A DNA stretch of 40,000 bases, taken from assembly GCF_059727195.1 (NCBI RefSeq), contig NZ_AP043972.1. One strand, given 5' to 3'. This document shows, piece after piece, positions 1 to 10,507 of this stretch. The notes under the pieces were generated by a model that saw only the letters and a program-made list of their open reading frames with translations, was not told the origin of the DNA and made no database searches. Position 1 is the first letter of the stretch, and each line of letters starts with the position of its first letter. The translations under genes and the position numbers were made by a program.

Positions 1-236
1 CGCTGTTTCGTTTTCTCTATAAGGGGATGATATGCCCACGGGATAGGGTTTTCAATTAAAAATAAAACAATGTTTCATTTTTAAGTTAAGGACTGAAAAA
101 AGTGCAGTGTCGATCACGAATATGTCATGAGAATGGAAAAATCAGGGAGCCCTGAAAATGTATGTCGACTCGCCAGCCACCATTATTCAACAGATTAATG
201 ACGGCTGATATTTATCGGTAAGGAGGAAATGCAGAG

Positions 237-1421
237 CTATTCGTCACGTTCAATGGTCAATGCCACGCCCTGGCCCCCGCCGATACAAAGCGTAGCCAGT
301 CCTTTGCGGGCATTACGTTTCACCATTTCATGAACCAGAGAAACGAGGATTCGGCAACCGGAAGCGCCTATTGGGTGACCGAGTGCGATCGCGCCACCAT
401 TGACATTGACCCGACGCTCATCCCATTCAAGCATCTTGCCAACCGAAAGCGCCTGTGCAGCAAACGCTTCATTAGCCTCGATAAGATCGACATCAGCCAA
501 CTGCCAGCCAACACGCTCCAGGCAACGGCGGGTCGCATACACCGGCGCAATTCCCATCAATGCCGGATCTACACCAACACTGGCAAATGCGCGGATGCGG
601 GCCAGCACGGGTAAATTCAACGCTCGTGCTTTGGCTTCGCTCATCATCATTACTGCAGCTGCGCCATCGTTTATGGATGATGCATTACCCGCTGTCACAG
701 AGCCGAGACTATCAAATGAAGGATTTAAACGGGCTAAGCCTTCTGCACTGGCGTCAGTGCGTGGCTGTTCATCGGTATCAACAACCAACGTCTGACCGTT
801 ACTTTGGGTCATTACCGGGACGATCTCATCTTTAAATCGTCCGGCGTCAATCGCCGCTCGCGCTTTTTGTTGCGAGCTAAGTGCGTAAGCATCCTGCAAC
901 TGACGGCTGATGCCATATTCGCGAGCCAGATTTTCGGCGGTGACACCAATATGATAATCATTGAAGGCATCCCACAACCCATCGTGCACAAGACTGTCAA
1001 CCAACTGGCTATTGCCAAGCTGTGCACCGGTGCGGCTATCAGTCAGAACATGTGGTGCGCGACTCATGTTTTCCTGACCACCGGCGATGACAATATCAGC
1101 CTCGCCACACTGTATCGCCTGAGTAGCCAGATGCAGTGCTTTAAGCCCGGAACCGCAAACGTCATTAATCGTGATTGCAGAAACGCTATTAGGAAGACCA
1201 CCTTTAATAGCCGATTGCCTTGCCGGATTCTGCCCTGCCCCTGCAGTCAACACCTGACCAAGAATCACTTCATCCACCGCATATGCAGAAACACCGGTAC
1301 GTTCTATTAATGCTTTCACGACCAGGCTGCCAAGTTCCACGGCGGAATGACCCGCTAACGCACCACGAAAGCAGCCGATAGGTGTCCGTAACGCCCCGAC
1401 AATCACAACGTCTTTCATCAC
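237..1421 (-). CDS. yqeF: acetyl-CoA C-acetyltransferase (thiolase family)
   Basis: 394-aa ORF with thiolase motifs (NDVCGSGLKAL active-site Cys region, NEAFAAQAL, GGAIALGHPIGASGCR, CIGGGQG) and characteristic position upstream of yqeG. Confidence 0.95.
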   Translation of the reverse strand: MMKDVVIVGALRTPIGCFRGALAGHSAVELGSLVVKALIERTGVSAYAVDEVILGQVLTAGAGQNPARQSAIKGGLPNSVSAITINDVCGSGLKALHLATQAIQCGEADIVIAGGQENMSRAPHVLTDSRTGAQLGNSQLVDSLVHDGLWDAFNDYHIGVTAENLAREYGISRQLQDAYALSSQQKARAAIDAGRFKDEIVPVMTQSNGQTLVVDTDEQPRTDASAEGLARLNPSFDSLGSVTAGNASSINDGAAAVMMMSEAKARALNLPVLARIRAFASVGVDPALMGIAPVYATRRCLERVGWQLADVDLIEANEAFAAQALSVGKMLEWDERRVNVNGGAIALGHPIGASGCRILVSLVHEMVKRNARKGLATLCIGGGQGVALTIERDE

Positions 1422-1672
1422 AACCTCGCACCAATTAACAGTGCAATAGTAAATGATTGTTAATTACAGTTATCTTAATTGTTTAAAAAAAGTGATTTTT
1501 ATCACAAAGGAAATACGCCTGACCAGCAGTCAGAGACATAACTGGCACGTAAGGTTTGCAACCACTAACCCACCAATAGAGAGGTAGAAAGGGCGTTAAT
1601 CTCCCATACTTAACCTGGTTTATGGTAAATTGCCCTCCATTTTGTTTAATTTGTAGATGATACGTTCAGATA

Positions 1673-2902
1673 ATGTCTAATATTTGGTCAAAAGAAGAAA
1701 CTCTGTGGAGTTTCGCGCTCTACGGCACAGCCGTTGGTGCAGGCACGCTCTTCCTTCCTATTCAGTTAGGTTCGGCAGGGGCTGTGGTCCTGTTTATTAC
1801 TGCTCTGGTCGCCTGGCCTTTAACATATTGGCCACATAAAGCCTTATGCCAGTTCATCCTCTCATCAAAAACATCAGCAGGTGAAGGGATAACGGGCGCG
1901 GTAACACACTACTATGGCAAGAAGATTGGTAATCTGATTACCACGCTGTACTTCATCGCCTTTTTTGTCGTCGTGTTGATATATGCCGTGGCAATTACCA
2001 ACTCACTTACGGAACAGCTGGCAAAGCATATGGTTATTGATCTTCGCATCCGTATGTTGGTGAGTCTGGGTGTTGTATTAATCCTGAATCTCATTTTTCT
2101 GATGGGACGCCATGCCACTATTCGGGTAATGGGATTTTTGGTATTCCCATTGATTGCCTATTTCTTATTTCTTTCTATTTACCTGGTCGGTAGTTGGCAA
2201 CCTGATCTATTAACTACCCAGGTAGAGTTCAATCAGAATACCCTTCACCAGATATGGATATCGATTCCCGTGATGGTTTTCGCCTTTAGCCATACGCCCA
2301 TTATTTCTACGTTTGCCATAGACAGACGTGAAAAATATGGCGAACATGCTATGGATAAATGCAAAAAAATTATGAAAGTCGCTTATCTCATCATCTGCAT
2401 AAGTGTACTGTTCTTTGTCTTTAGCTGCCTGCTTTCTATTCCACCTTCGTATATTGAAGCGGCTAAAGAAGAAGGGGTTACCATTTTATCGGCGCTTTCT
2501 ATGCTGCCGAACGCCCCAGCATGGTTGTCAATTTCCGGGATTATTGTCGCAGTAGTTGCGATGTCGAAATCATTCCTGGGTACGTACTTTGGCGTTATTG
2601 AAGGTGCCACAGAGGTCGTCAAAACAACACTACAGCAGGTTGGTGTAAAGAAAAGTCGTGCATTTAACCGCGCACTATCAATTATGTTGGTATCGCTGAT
2701 TACCTTCATTGTTTGTTGCATTAACCCGAACGCGATTTCGATGATTTACGCGATCAGCGGCCCGCTCATTGCCATGATACTTTTCATCATGCCTACGCTG
2801 TCAACGTATCTCATCCCGGCGCTTAAACCCTGGCGTTCCATCGGAAATCTGATTACGCTGATCGTGGGTATCCTGTGCGTATCGGTAATGTTCTTTAGCT
2901 AA
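1673..2902 (+). CDS. yqeG: HAAAP-family (SdaC/TdcC-like) serine/threonine-type inner-membrane transporter
   Basis: 409-aa polytopic hydrophobic ORF; N-terminal GTAVGAGTLFLPI motif typical of SdaC/TdcC family; synteny with yqeF. Confidence 0.93.
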   Translation: MSNIWSKEETLWSFALYGTAVGAGTLFLPIQLGSAGAVVLFITALVAWPLTYWPHKALCQFILSSKTSAGEGITGAVTHYYGKKIGNLITTLYFIAFFVVVLIYAVAITNSLTEQLAKHMVIDLRIRMLVSLGVVLILNLIFLMGRHATIRVMGFLVFPLIAYFLFLSIYLVGSWQPDLLTTQVEFNQNTLHQIWISIPVMVFAFSHTPIISTFAIDRREKYGEHAMDKCKKIMKVAYLIICISVLFFVFSCLLSIPPSYIEAAKEEGVTILSALSMLPNAPAWLSISGIIVAVVAMSKSFLGTYFGVIEGATEVVKTTLQQVGVKKSRAFNRALSIMLVSLITFIVCCINPNAISMIYAISGPLIAMILFIMPTLSTYLIPALKPWRSIGNLITLIVGILCVSVMFFS

Positions 2903-2912
2903 TATCCATTGT

Positions 2913-2955
2913 GAATGGTTCAAAATTGCTACAATTTTGAACCATTCCAGTTTTC
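2913..2955 (+). terminator. strong hairpin terminator after yqeG
   Basis: Perfect 15-bp stem GAATGGTTCAAAATT / AATTTTGAACCATTC with 5-nt loop, 10 nt after the yqeG stop, followed by CAGTTTTC. Confidence 0.75.
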
Positions 2956-3361
2956 ATAATGTTCATTTGTTATAACTCCGCTCTATCACTTCTCTCGTCA
3001 TATCCTAGTATTATCAGTTAGTTAAACACACAAAGAGATCTGAACATCTTAAATAAGACTATTTAAGATGCATAACTTAGATTCGCAAGATATCTTCTGG
3101 TCATTCAAAAACAATTTGCGATATAGATATTCTCATACCATGAGATAGTTATCTGAACCACCATCAACCAGGTAAGATTAAATCAGTGAAACATAATCAT
3201 ATTTAATAACGAGAAATGCATTTTTAAATGCTTTACTCAGAATTATAGCAAATTCAGATTAATCGCAATTTTTCCCAGCAAATTTACAAAATCATGGTGT
3301 ATTGACATCATCAATAACCAATGAAATTATGCAATTATATACGGATAGGGAGGTTCTTAAC

Positions 3362-3994
3362 ATGGGGCTTTGTAGTCGTTATAAAAGTCTTACATGCAAT
3401 AGTTGCTCAATGCATTGCCAAATAATGCCAGAAGAGTCACCGCGTTTGCAGTATTGCGCAAACTCGTGTTTTTGTATGTGGCCCGAAGAAAGTTCATATT
3501 TTAATCGTGGTGTGGTGGAAGGTATTTTAACAAAAAACCACAATGCGAGATTAAGCGGATATATTTTTGTCGATTTTTCAGTAAGTTTTTTACGTCTATT
3601 CCTTGAAAAAGACTGGATTGACTATCTTGCAAGTACTGACATGGGGATTGTTTTAGTCAGCGACCGCAATATGCAATCGTTAGCTAACTACTGGCGAAAA
3701 CACAACTCTGCAATATCTGCTGTCATATATAATGATGATGGTCTTGATGTTGCCAATGAAAAGATCAGACAACTATTTATTGGTCGTTATTTATCATTTA
3801 CCAGAGGGAACACATTAACTCAGATGGAATTCACCATAATGGGATATATGGTTTCTGGTTATAATCCATATCAGATTGCTGAAGTTCTGGATATGGATAT
3901 CCGTAGCATCTACGCGTACAAGCAACGAATCGAAAAGAGAATGGGTGGTAAAATAAACGAGTTATTTATTCGTTCACATTCGGTCCAACATTGA
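3362..3994 (+). CDS. yqeH: LuxR-type HTH transcriptional regulator with cysteine-rich N-terminus
   Basis: ATG at 3362 preceded by GGGAGG; C-terminal HTH (TQMEFTIMGYMVSGYNPYQIAEVLDMDIRSIYAYKQRIEKRMG). The track extends it to a TTG at 3302 without a convincing RBS. Confidence 0.85.
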   Translation: MGLCSRYKSLTCNSCSMHCQIMPEESPRLQYCANSCFCMWPEESSYFNRGVVEGILTKNHNARLSGYIFVDFSVSFLRLFLEKDWIDYLASTDMGIVLVSDRNMQSLANYWRKHNSAISAVIYNDDGLDVANEKIRQLFIGRYLSFTRGNTLTQMEFTIMGYMVSGYNPYQIAEVLDMDIRSIYAYKQRIEKRMGGKINELFIRSHSVQH

Positions 3995-4327
3995 TACTAA
4001 ATAATCTGCCAGAATCATACTCTGCTTATACGGGCATCTATTGAAATGCCCGTATTTTACAAATAAGCAGTAACCCCAAGAGTAAACAACATGGTATTTA
4101 AAACCATCACACGAAAAATTCAGAAGCATTACGAAATATGAATTTACAAACAATAGTGGCATAAATGTTAATCATGTTAATTTACGTAAAGTTTTACGTT
4201 GCGACATTAAAGCCTCATTTCAATCATTATGATAAATATAAAATTAATATATATTTATGCCGTAAATACCAATATACTTAGCAAACTATGTGATTTCCAT
4301 TTTGATTGATTTAGTGTCTATTGACGT

Positions 4328-5137
4328 ATGTACTGGATTATTAACGATAATATCGAGTTCTGGCCTGAGCACCGAAAATTAATATCGGTACATAACGCCG
4401 ATCTTAACGTCGTTCTGACAACGCCAGCCAGTCGTTGTTTATCACTTCTACTTGAAGCTTTTCCTGATGTGGTTGCACAACAAGATTTTTTCACCAGAGT
4501 CTGGGAAGAAGAAGGTATGCGTGTGCCAACTAACACGTTATATCAGAACATATCCATTATCAGACGCGGATTTCGCGCTGTTGGTGATACCACCCACTCG
4601 CTTATTGCAACCGTGCCGAGAAGAGGATTCAAGATTCATAATGACATTAACATACAAAATCATGTAATAAACTCTTCAACAGACGCACATACACACAATG
4701 CCCCACCTGCCATAAAAGGTAATGCGGGGTACAAAGAGAGCATTGGTGGCGCAAACAATTTCAATAACAAAATCCTCAAACATATAAAAAGTTATCTAAT
4801 TATGTTGAGCATATTTGCTATAGGCGTATATTCTGCACATTGGCTATGGAATAATAATCAACCGAAGCCATTCTTCAAGGATTACAAGACTGTTGCGGAA
4901 ATTAATGGCTGCCATTTTAATGTGACAGAAGATACAATTGATGGGTTGAAAGAGTTCGATAAATATAAGACACGGATACTGGATTCGGGGATTAACTGTA
5001 AAAAATATCCGTGGTTATACTTCCCTCTTGCAAAATCCTCACCAGGGATGATTGTTATGGCATGCAATAAAAACTATAACCAACATGAAGTGGCAGGCTG
5101 TTTAACCCTGTCTTACCGTGAGGTTAATCGTGATTGA
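4328..5137 (+). CDS. yqeI: ToxR/CadC-like membrane-anchored winged-helix regulator
   Basis: N-terminal OmpR/ToxR-type winged helix (NTLYQNISIIRRGFRAVG...LIATVPRRGFKI), single TM segment (YLIMLSIFAIGVYSAHWLW), periplasmic C-terminal domain with cysteines. Confidence 0.88.
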   Translation: MYWIINDNIEFWPEHRKLISVHNADLNVVLTTPASRCLSLLLEAFPDVVAQQDFFTRVWEEEGMRVPTNTLYQNISIIRRGFRAVGDTTHSLIATVPRRGFKIHNDINIQNHVINSSTDAHTHNAPPAIKGNAGYKESIGGANNFNNKILKHIKSYLIMLSIFAIGVYSAHWLWNNNQPKPFFKDYKTVAEINGCHFNVTEDTIDGLKEFDKYKTRILDSGINCKKYPWLYFPLAKSSPGMIVMACNKNYNQHEVAGCLTLSYREVNRD

Positions 5138-5612
5138 TTATAAAAAAAACTTATTATTTATTTTAGTTTTTATCAGTGGGTTTATTCTCTTCATTGTTTA
5201 CTCTTATACTGCAGAAAAAATGATATATAATGAAACATGCACTGCAAATTGGGTAATTTTTAATGACAAGGGGCGAGCAAATCTTACCATCGACTTTATG
5301 TATAACCAAAAAAATAAAACAGGAACTGTTGCGTTGAGCGGAACCTGGCAACAAGGTAACAGAGAAAGTAAGTCAATACGGCGAAATATTGAATACACAT
5401 GGATTGAAAACTATGATACAGCCCATTTAACATCAAAGAAAGTTAATAAATTTGAGATCATGGATCAAGTCGATGATGATAGACTTGCAGAACTTATTCC
5501 TGATTTTTATGTCTTTCCAGAAAAAAGTGTAAGCTATAATATACTAAAGCAAGGTAAGCATGCTTTTATTTTGAGTATTGGTAACAGAGCAATAATGCAT
5601 TGTGCAAGGTAA
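5130..5612 (+). CDS. yqeJ: small single-pass membrane/periplasmic protein, probable partner of YqeI
   Basis: 160 aa from a GTG start overlapping the yqeI stop; N-terminal TM helix (LLFILVFISGFILFIVYSY); translationally coupled to yqeI. Confidence 0.8.
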   Translation: MIDYKKNLLFILVFISGFILFIVYSYTAEKMIYNETCTANWVIFNDKGRANLTIDFMYNQKNKTGTVALSGTWQQGNRESKSIRRNIEYTWIENYDTAHLTSKKVNKFEIMDQVDDDRLAELIPDFYVFPEKSVSYNILKQGKHAFILSIGNRAIMHCAR

Positions 5613-5760
5613 ACTTAAATAGATAATAAAAAGATGGAACCTCGTTAATCATAAAACAATAAAATTAAATATGCTTGTAGTATATGCCAGTATAAAGCAT
5701 CAAAGTTTTGATCAACATCTTTCATTTTAGATATCACCTTGCAATGCAAAATATCATGTA

Positions 5761-6186
5761 TCAACAACATCTGGTGCAAATCCATGAGTCGAACTCAACA
5801 TTCATCTTAGCTCTATTATTATTCCTTCGTACAGTCGATGTAAACAATACAGAAAGAGGATTATTAAGAACCAGTTTACTTAGAGAATCAATAGAGGAAA
5901 GGACTAACGTTTCTTTAAAAGAATTGATTTCATCATCTGTTAAACTAAACTCATCATTGACAGATCGTGAGATATAACTGTTTTTAACTTTACTCTTTAC
6001 GTTGACTTTACTGACAGAATTAACATTCACATATCTTGAATTTAGTACCCATGATGTTGTTTGCGTGAGAACTTTCTCAGCATTAAGGAATTTTTTTAAC
6101 GGAATCCTTGGTTTCTTTTTCGAGTCCGAATTTACAATATCATGCATATAGACCATTTCATGAATCTGCGAAAACTCAATGTCCAT
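5761..6186 (-). CDS. yqeK: hypothetical protein, ETT2 left-arm gene
   Basis: About 141-aa ORF (second Met of the 145-aa track ORF), convergent to yqeJ, matching the expected yqeK position. Confidence 0.7.
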   Translation of the reverse strand: MDIEFSQIHEMVYMHDIVNSDSKKKPRIPLKKFLNAEKVLTQTTSWVLNSRYVNVNSVSKVNVKSKVKNSYISRSVNDEFSLTDDEINSFKETLVLSSIDSLSKLVLNNPLSVLFTSTVRRNNNRAKMNVEFDSWICTRCC

Positions 6187-6615
6187 TATATACCTCACAT
6201 TTTGACCGTGACTCGATGTTACTGTTCAATAATCACCTTCCATCAATACTAAATTTAATACCCCTAATGTGCCGATAACAAATATAGTCATTCTACGTAA
6301 CGTCTCCATAAGGTGATAACCTTGATCAAATGAATTTCGAAAATAATAAAGGAAATCTTTTGAGATGTTTGTCACGAATAAAGCTATTTATGTTACCAAT
6401 ATCATTTCGAGTGTGCACACTATCTATCTGTTTTTTCAGGATATAAAAAACAACATGTAAGTTATGTAAATTGCCGATGCCACTAAGTAACATTATGGTA
6501 AAAAAAGTAAAAATGAGCGATTTTTGATAGAATAAAGCATGAGAAAAGGTGATATTTGACATTATCAGAAGCTGCGAATTCGGATTTTGCTCTAATCAAA
6601 TGAGAGAAATGTAAA

Positions 6616-7107
6616 ATGAAGCCACGAAATATTAATAATAGCCTACCACTGCAACCATTAGTTCCTGATCAGGAGAACAAAAATAAGAAAAATGAAGAGA
6701 AATACGTGAATCCAGTTAAAATTACGATGAGGTCTGGTTTAAATTATATTGAACAAGAATCTCTTGGAGGAAAATATCTAACACATGATTTGTCAATAAA
6801 GATAGCGGATATTTCTGAAGAAATAATTCAGCAAGCAATATTATCGGCTATGAGCATATATAAATTTCCGATAACAGATGATTTAATGAGTATGGCTACA
6901 AATGAACTCATAAAACTGGCCAAAATAGAGAATAATTTAGACCTGAATAAATTCTCTACTATATGCACCGACGTTCTATCCCCCCTCGTCACCAGACATA
7001 ATAAAGAAAAAAAACTAGACGACTTACTACCCTTCGCAAAAATCCCCTTTTTAATTTTCATCGAAAAAAGGGAAATTGATAATATGAATCAAGGTCATGC
7101 ATATTAA
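6616..7107 (+). CDS. ygeF: hypothetical protein upstream of the T3SS chaperone
   Basis: 163-aa ORF, soluble, no other ORF in the interval; synteny with ygeF. Confidence 0.65.
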   Translation: MKPRNINNSLPLQPLVPDQENKNKKNEEKYVNPVKITMRSGLNYIEQESLGGKYLTHDLSIKIADISEEIIQQAILSAMSIYKFPITDDLMSMATNELIKLAKIENNLDLNKFSTICTDVLSPLVTRHNKEKKLDDLLPFAKIPFLIFIEKREIDNMNQGHAY

Positions 7108-7331
7108 GGCATTTATGAAATGTCGTAAATAAGATAACTAATAAGGTGAATATTAGCAAAACAACTAATGACATTATTGGTTTATAGTGGTCAGTATTTT
7201 TACTAATAATAAACCAATATACCCTTAAGCAATGCAAGCTTAAAACTCATAATTCAAAAAAGATAAATGCAAAAAATAATGAGTCAATTAATAATAATTT
7301 AGCATCACGAAACACATCACAGAGGAATATT

Positions 7332-7823
7332 ATGAGCACAGATACACTTGAAATATTCAATAACAGTGATGAATGGGCAAGTCAACTAAAACACGCATTA
7401 TCACAAGGAGAAAATCTGGCATTACTACATGGATTGACTCCTGATATCCTTGATAGAATATATGCATATGCATTCGACTACCATGAAAAAGGTAATATAA
7501 CGGACGCAGAAATTTATTATAAATTTCTGTGCATTTATGCGTTCGAAAATCATGAATATCTAAAAGGTTTTGCATCAGTATGCCAGTCAAAAAAGAAATA
7601 TCAACAAGCATATGACCTTTACAAACTAAGTTACAATTACTCCCCGTATGATGACTATTCAGTTATTTATCGTATGGGTCAATGTCAAATTGGGGCTAAA
7701 AATATCGATAACGCAATGCAATGTTTCTATCATATTATTAACAATTGTGAGGATGAAAGTGTTAAGAGCAAAGCGCAGGCATATATTGAACTCTTAACCG
7801 ATAATTCAGAAGATAATGGCTAA
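7332..7823 (+). CDS. ygeG: SycD/LcrH/SicA-like class II T3SS chaperone (TPR protein)
   Basis: RBS GAGG before ATG; 163 aa of TPR repeats (DAEIYYKFLCIYAFENHEYLKGFASVCQSKKKYQQAYDLYKLSYNYSPYDDYSVIYRMGQCQI) typical of SycD-type chaperones. Confidence 0.88.
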   Translation: MSTDTLEIFNNSDEWASQLKHALSQGENLALLHGLTPDILDRIYAYAFDYHEKGNITDAEIYYKFLCIYAFENHEYLKGFASVCQSKKKYQQAYDLYKLSYNYSPYDDYSVIYRMGQCQIGAKNIDNAMQCFYHIINNCEDESVKSKAQAYIELLTDNSEDNG

Positions 7824-8157
7824 GCATTACAAGCATTTGGTAAAAATTGCTGGTTATAGTGCAGTTAACCACTATGACCAGCTTCTCTTATGTTTTCTTA
7901 AATCAACATCTTAAAACAGTTAAGAACACACTATAAATTACTATTTTTCAACGCGTTAGAGAACAATCTATTTTATCAAAATTGAATAAGGCTATTTCAG
8001 ATTACATCACTGAATTCCTAAGATAAATTAGTGAACACAATCATAGATATGTCGAATGTAAACTCCTGTAGCATTAATGACACATAAATATGAATAGCCA
8101 CAATTTCTATTGCTTATGCAGGATGCAAGAAACCAATTTTTTCATAGAGGATAACTA

Positions 8158-9534
8158 ATGGACTTAGAAAATAAATTCTCATATCATTTTCTCGAGGGAT
8201 TAACGCTCACGGAAGATGGAATTCTTACTCAAGGAAATGAGCAGATTTATATTCCACCGAAAGAGTTAGGAGTATTGATCGTATTACTTGAATCCGCTGG
8301 TCATGTTGTCCTGAAAGATATGATCATCGAATCAGTATGGAAAAATATTATTGTAAGTGACGAGTCCCTGACAAGATGTATCTATTCTTTGCGCTGCATT
8401 TTTGAAAAAATTGGCTATGATCGTTGCATAGAAACAATCTACCGGAAAGGTTATCGTTTCAGTGGACAGGTTTTCAAAACTAAAATAAATGAAGATAACA
8501 CTTCAGACTATTCCATAGCTATATTTCCTTTCACCACTTCATTGAATACTCTGGATCCATTAATACTTAATCAGGAATTAGTGCAAAACATTTCGAATAA
8601 AAAAATCGATGGCCTTTATACCTATCCGATGGCTGCGACAAATTTTTGTAATGATCACATATCGCAAAATTCATTTTTGAGAAGATTCAAGCCAGATTAT
8701 TTCGTTACAGGAAGAATAAACCAGAATAACGCGGTGAAAACTTTATACATTGAACTGATCGACGCTAAAAATCTTTTCCTCATCGCCAGTAATCATCTTC
8801 CTGTTGATGAACTACATAACACATCACAATTTATTATAGATAATATCCTTCAAACGGTACATAATCCAGAGCGTTCTGTAAGATTAGCTAAACCGGACCA
8901 AGGTTATAAGAATCATTATTTATCAGATGAACTGTTGGCTGGTAAGAAAGAACTTTACGAGTTTACTCCTGAAAGCATTTACAGGGCTATGGCTATATTT
9001 GATGGATTACAAAATAAAAGTGATATACAGACGCTAAAAATAGAATGTTATTGTCTGCTAGCGGAATGCCATATGTCTTTGGCACTTCATGGAAAGTATG
9101 AACTTGAACTTGCTGCTCAAAAAGCATTAGAGCTTTTACATTATGTATCAGACATAACCAATGTCGATGGAAAAATTTTAGCTATTATGGGACTGATAAC
9201 TGGTCTGTCTGGACAAGCAAAAGTATCTCATATCTTATTTGAACAGGCTAAGATACACACAACTGATATAGCCTCTCTCTACTACTATAGAGCACTTGTC
9301 AATTTTCATAATGAAAGAATTGAAGAGGCAAGGATTTGTATAGACAAATCACTACAACTCGAACCCAGAAGACGAAAAGCAGTTGTGATAAAAGAGTGTG
9401 TAGATATGTATGTGCCTAACCCGCTCAAAAGCAACATGAAACTCTACTATAAAGAAACTTCGAGTGAAAGCCATCGAGTTATAATTGACAACATTTTGAA
9501 ACTAAAGCAACTGACGAGAATTTGTATGCGATAA
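8158..9534 (+). CDS. ygeH: HilA-like transcriptional regulator (winged helix + TPR-like domain)
   Basis: 458 aa; OmpR-type winged helix ([34 protein letters not shown]...[12 protein letters not shown]...[12 protein letters not shown] class); followed by an IagB-like gene as in SPI-1 hilA-iagB. Confidence 0.88.
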   Translation: MDLENKFSYHFLEGLTLTEDGILTQGNEQIYIPPKELGVLIVLLESAGHVVLKDMIIESVWKNIIVSDESLTRCIYSLRCIFEKIGYDRCIETIYRKGYRFSGQVFKTKINEDNTSDYSIAIFPFTTSLNTLDPLILNQELVQNISNKKIDGLYTYPMAATNFCNDHISQNSFLRRFKPDYFVTGRINQNNAVKTLYIELIDAKNLFLIASNHLPVDELHNTSQFIIDNILQTVHNPERSVRLAKPDQGYKNHYLSDELLAGKKELYEFTPESIYRAMAIFDGLQNKSDIQTLKIECYCLLAECHMSLALHGKYELELAAQKALELLHYVSDITNVDGKILAIMGLITGLSGQAKVSHILFEQAKIHTTDIASLYYYRALVNFHNERIEEARICIDKSLQLEPRRRKAVVIKECVDMYVPNPLKSNMKLYYKETSSESHRVIIDNILKLKQLTRICMR

Positions 9535-9701
9535 ATCTTTATTGTCGCAATTTTATTGTTTAGATGTATGCAACTGGTTATGTCAACAACAGAGATGAAA
9601 ACATCTAAGATAATTACCTTATTGCAATATATATCAAATACTCTAGATTAAAAAGTATTGTGTATAGGCTATTGGCCTGGACAAATAAAAAAGGGAATTT
9701 T

Positions 9702-9920
9702 ATGACTAATCCAATCAATATGAATAATTTTTCTCAAAGTTTAAATATAGCAACCGCAACGGGTGATGAAGTCGTTTCATTAGATAAACACATCACCACC
9801 AGTACTACTGATACAGATCAAATACAAGCATTTATAGTTTCAACATGGATGGCATCTTTTCAAAATGATATGTATTCGAAAGATAATCCTATCTCTCCTT
9901 ACTATGAACTGGAATGGTAG
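9702..9920 (+). CDS. ygeI: 72-aa small hypothetical protein
   Basis: ATG at 9702 with AAGGGA RBS; MTNPINMNNFSQSLNIATATGDEVVSLDK...ISPYYELEW; conserved position between the HilA-like and IagB-like genes. Confidence 0.7.
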   Translation: MTNPINMNNFSQSLNIATATGDEVVSLDKHITTSTTDTDQIQAFIVSTWMASFQNDMYSKDNPISPYYELEW

Positions 9921-10003
9921 ATAATTGACCACTTAAATGATTAACGAGATACTGAATATATTAGTATCTCGTTCCTTTCCTTCAATCCTACACATAAAAA
10001 TAT

Positions 10004-10507
10004 ATGCGCTTACCCAAAGTTAAAATCTTATCCATCTTCATGTTTTCTATATTAATTACAAAAATGTCTTTCGCCAGTAGCGCTTGCTTTAATGAAGCAG
10101 GATCAATTTTCAGAATCGAACCAAATTTGATCAAAGCTATCGCTCTTGTTGAAAGTAATTTAAAAAATGATAGCATCGGCAAAAACAGGGATAAGAAAAA
10201 CAATATAAAGAGTGTTGATTATGGTTTAATGCAGATAAACCAGATGCACATTCCCATGTTAAAAAAACGTGGAATAATAAAAGATGAACGAGATTTGTTA
10301 GATAACCCCTGTCTGAACATTAAAATAGGGACCGAGATTTTATATAATCATTTTTCACGTTGTGGGGTAACGTGGCAATGTCTGGGGACATATAACGCGG
10401 GTTTTGCAATGGAAAACAAAAAAAAGAGGCTGCAATATGCAAAAAAAATATATGTTGTATATACCAGACTTAATGAAATAGACAAGCGTAAGGCTTTAGC
10501 AAAATAA
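10004..10507 (+). CDS. pbl: IagB-like T3SS-associated lytic transglycosylase
   Basis: 167 aa, signal peptide, SLT motifs AIALVESNLKND, YGLMQINQMH, GTYNAG; position after the HilA-like gene. Confidence 0.85.
   Translation: MRLPKVKILSIFMFSILITKMSFASSACFNEAGSIFRIEPNLIKAIALVESNLKNDSIGKNRDKKNNIKSVDYGLMQINQMHIPMLKKRGIIKDERDLLDNPCLNIKIGTEILYNHFSRCGVTWQCLGTYNAGFAMENKKKRLQYAKKIYVVYTRLNEIDKRKALAK

Noticed and set aside
2950-3300. Search for a duplicated glyU 3' end (attL) at the left island junction
   Set aside because: No visible match to the glyU 3' sequence by eye; a computational search would be decisive.
6326-6562. 78-aa minus-strand ORF in the ygeF upstream region
   Set aside because: AT-rich low-complexity translation with no RBS context or recognised family; likely chance ORF in regulatory DNA.
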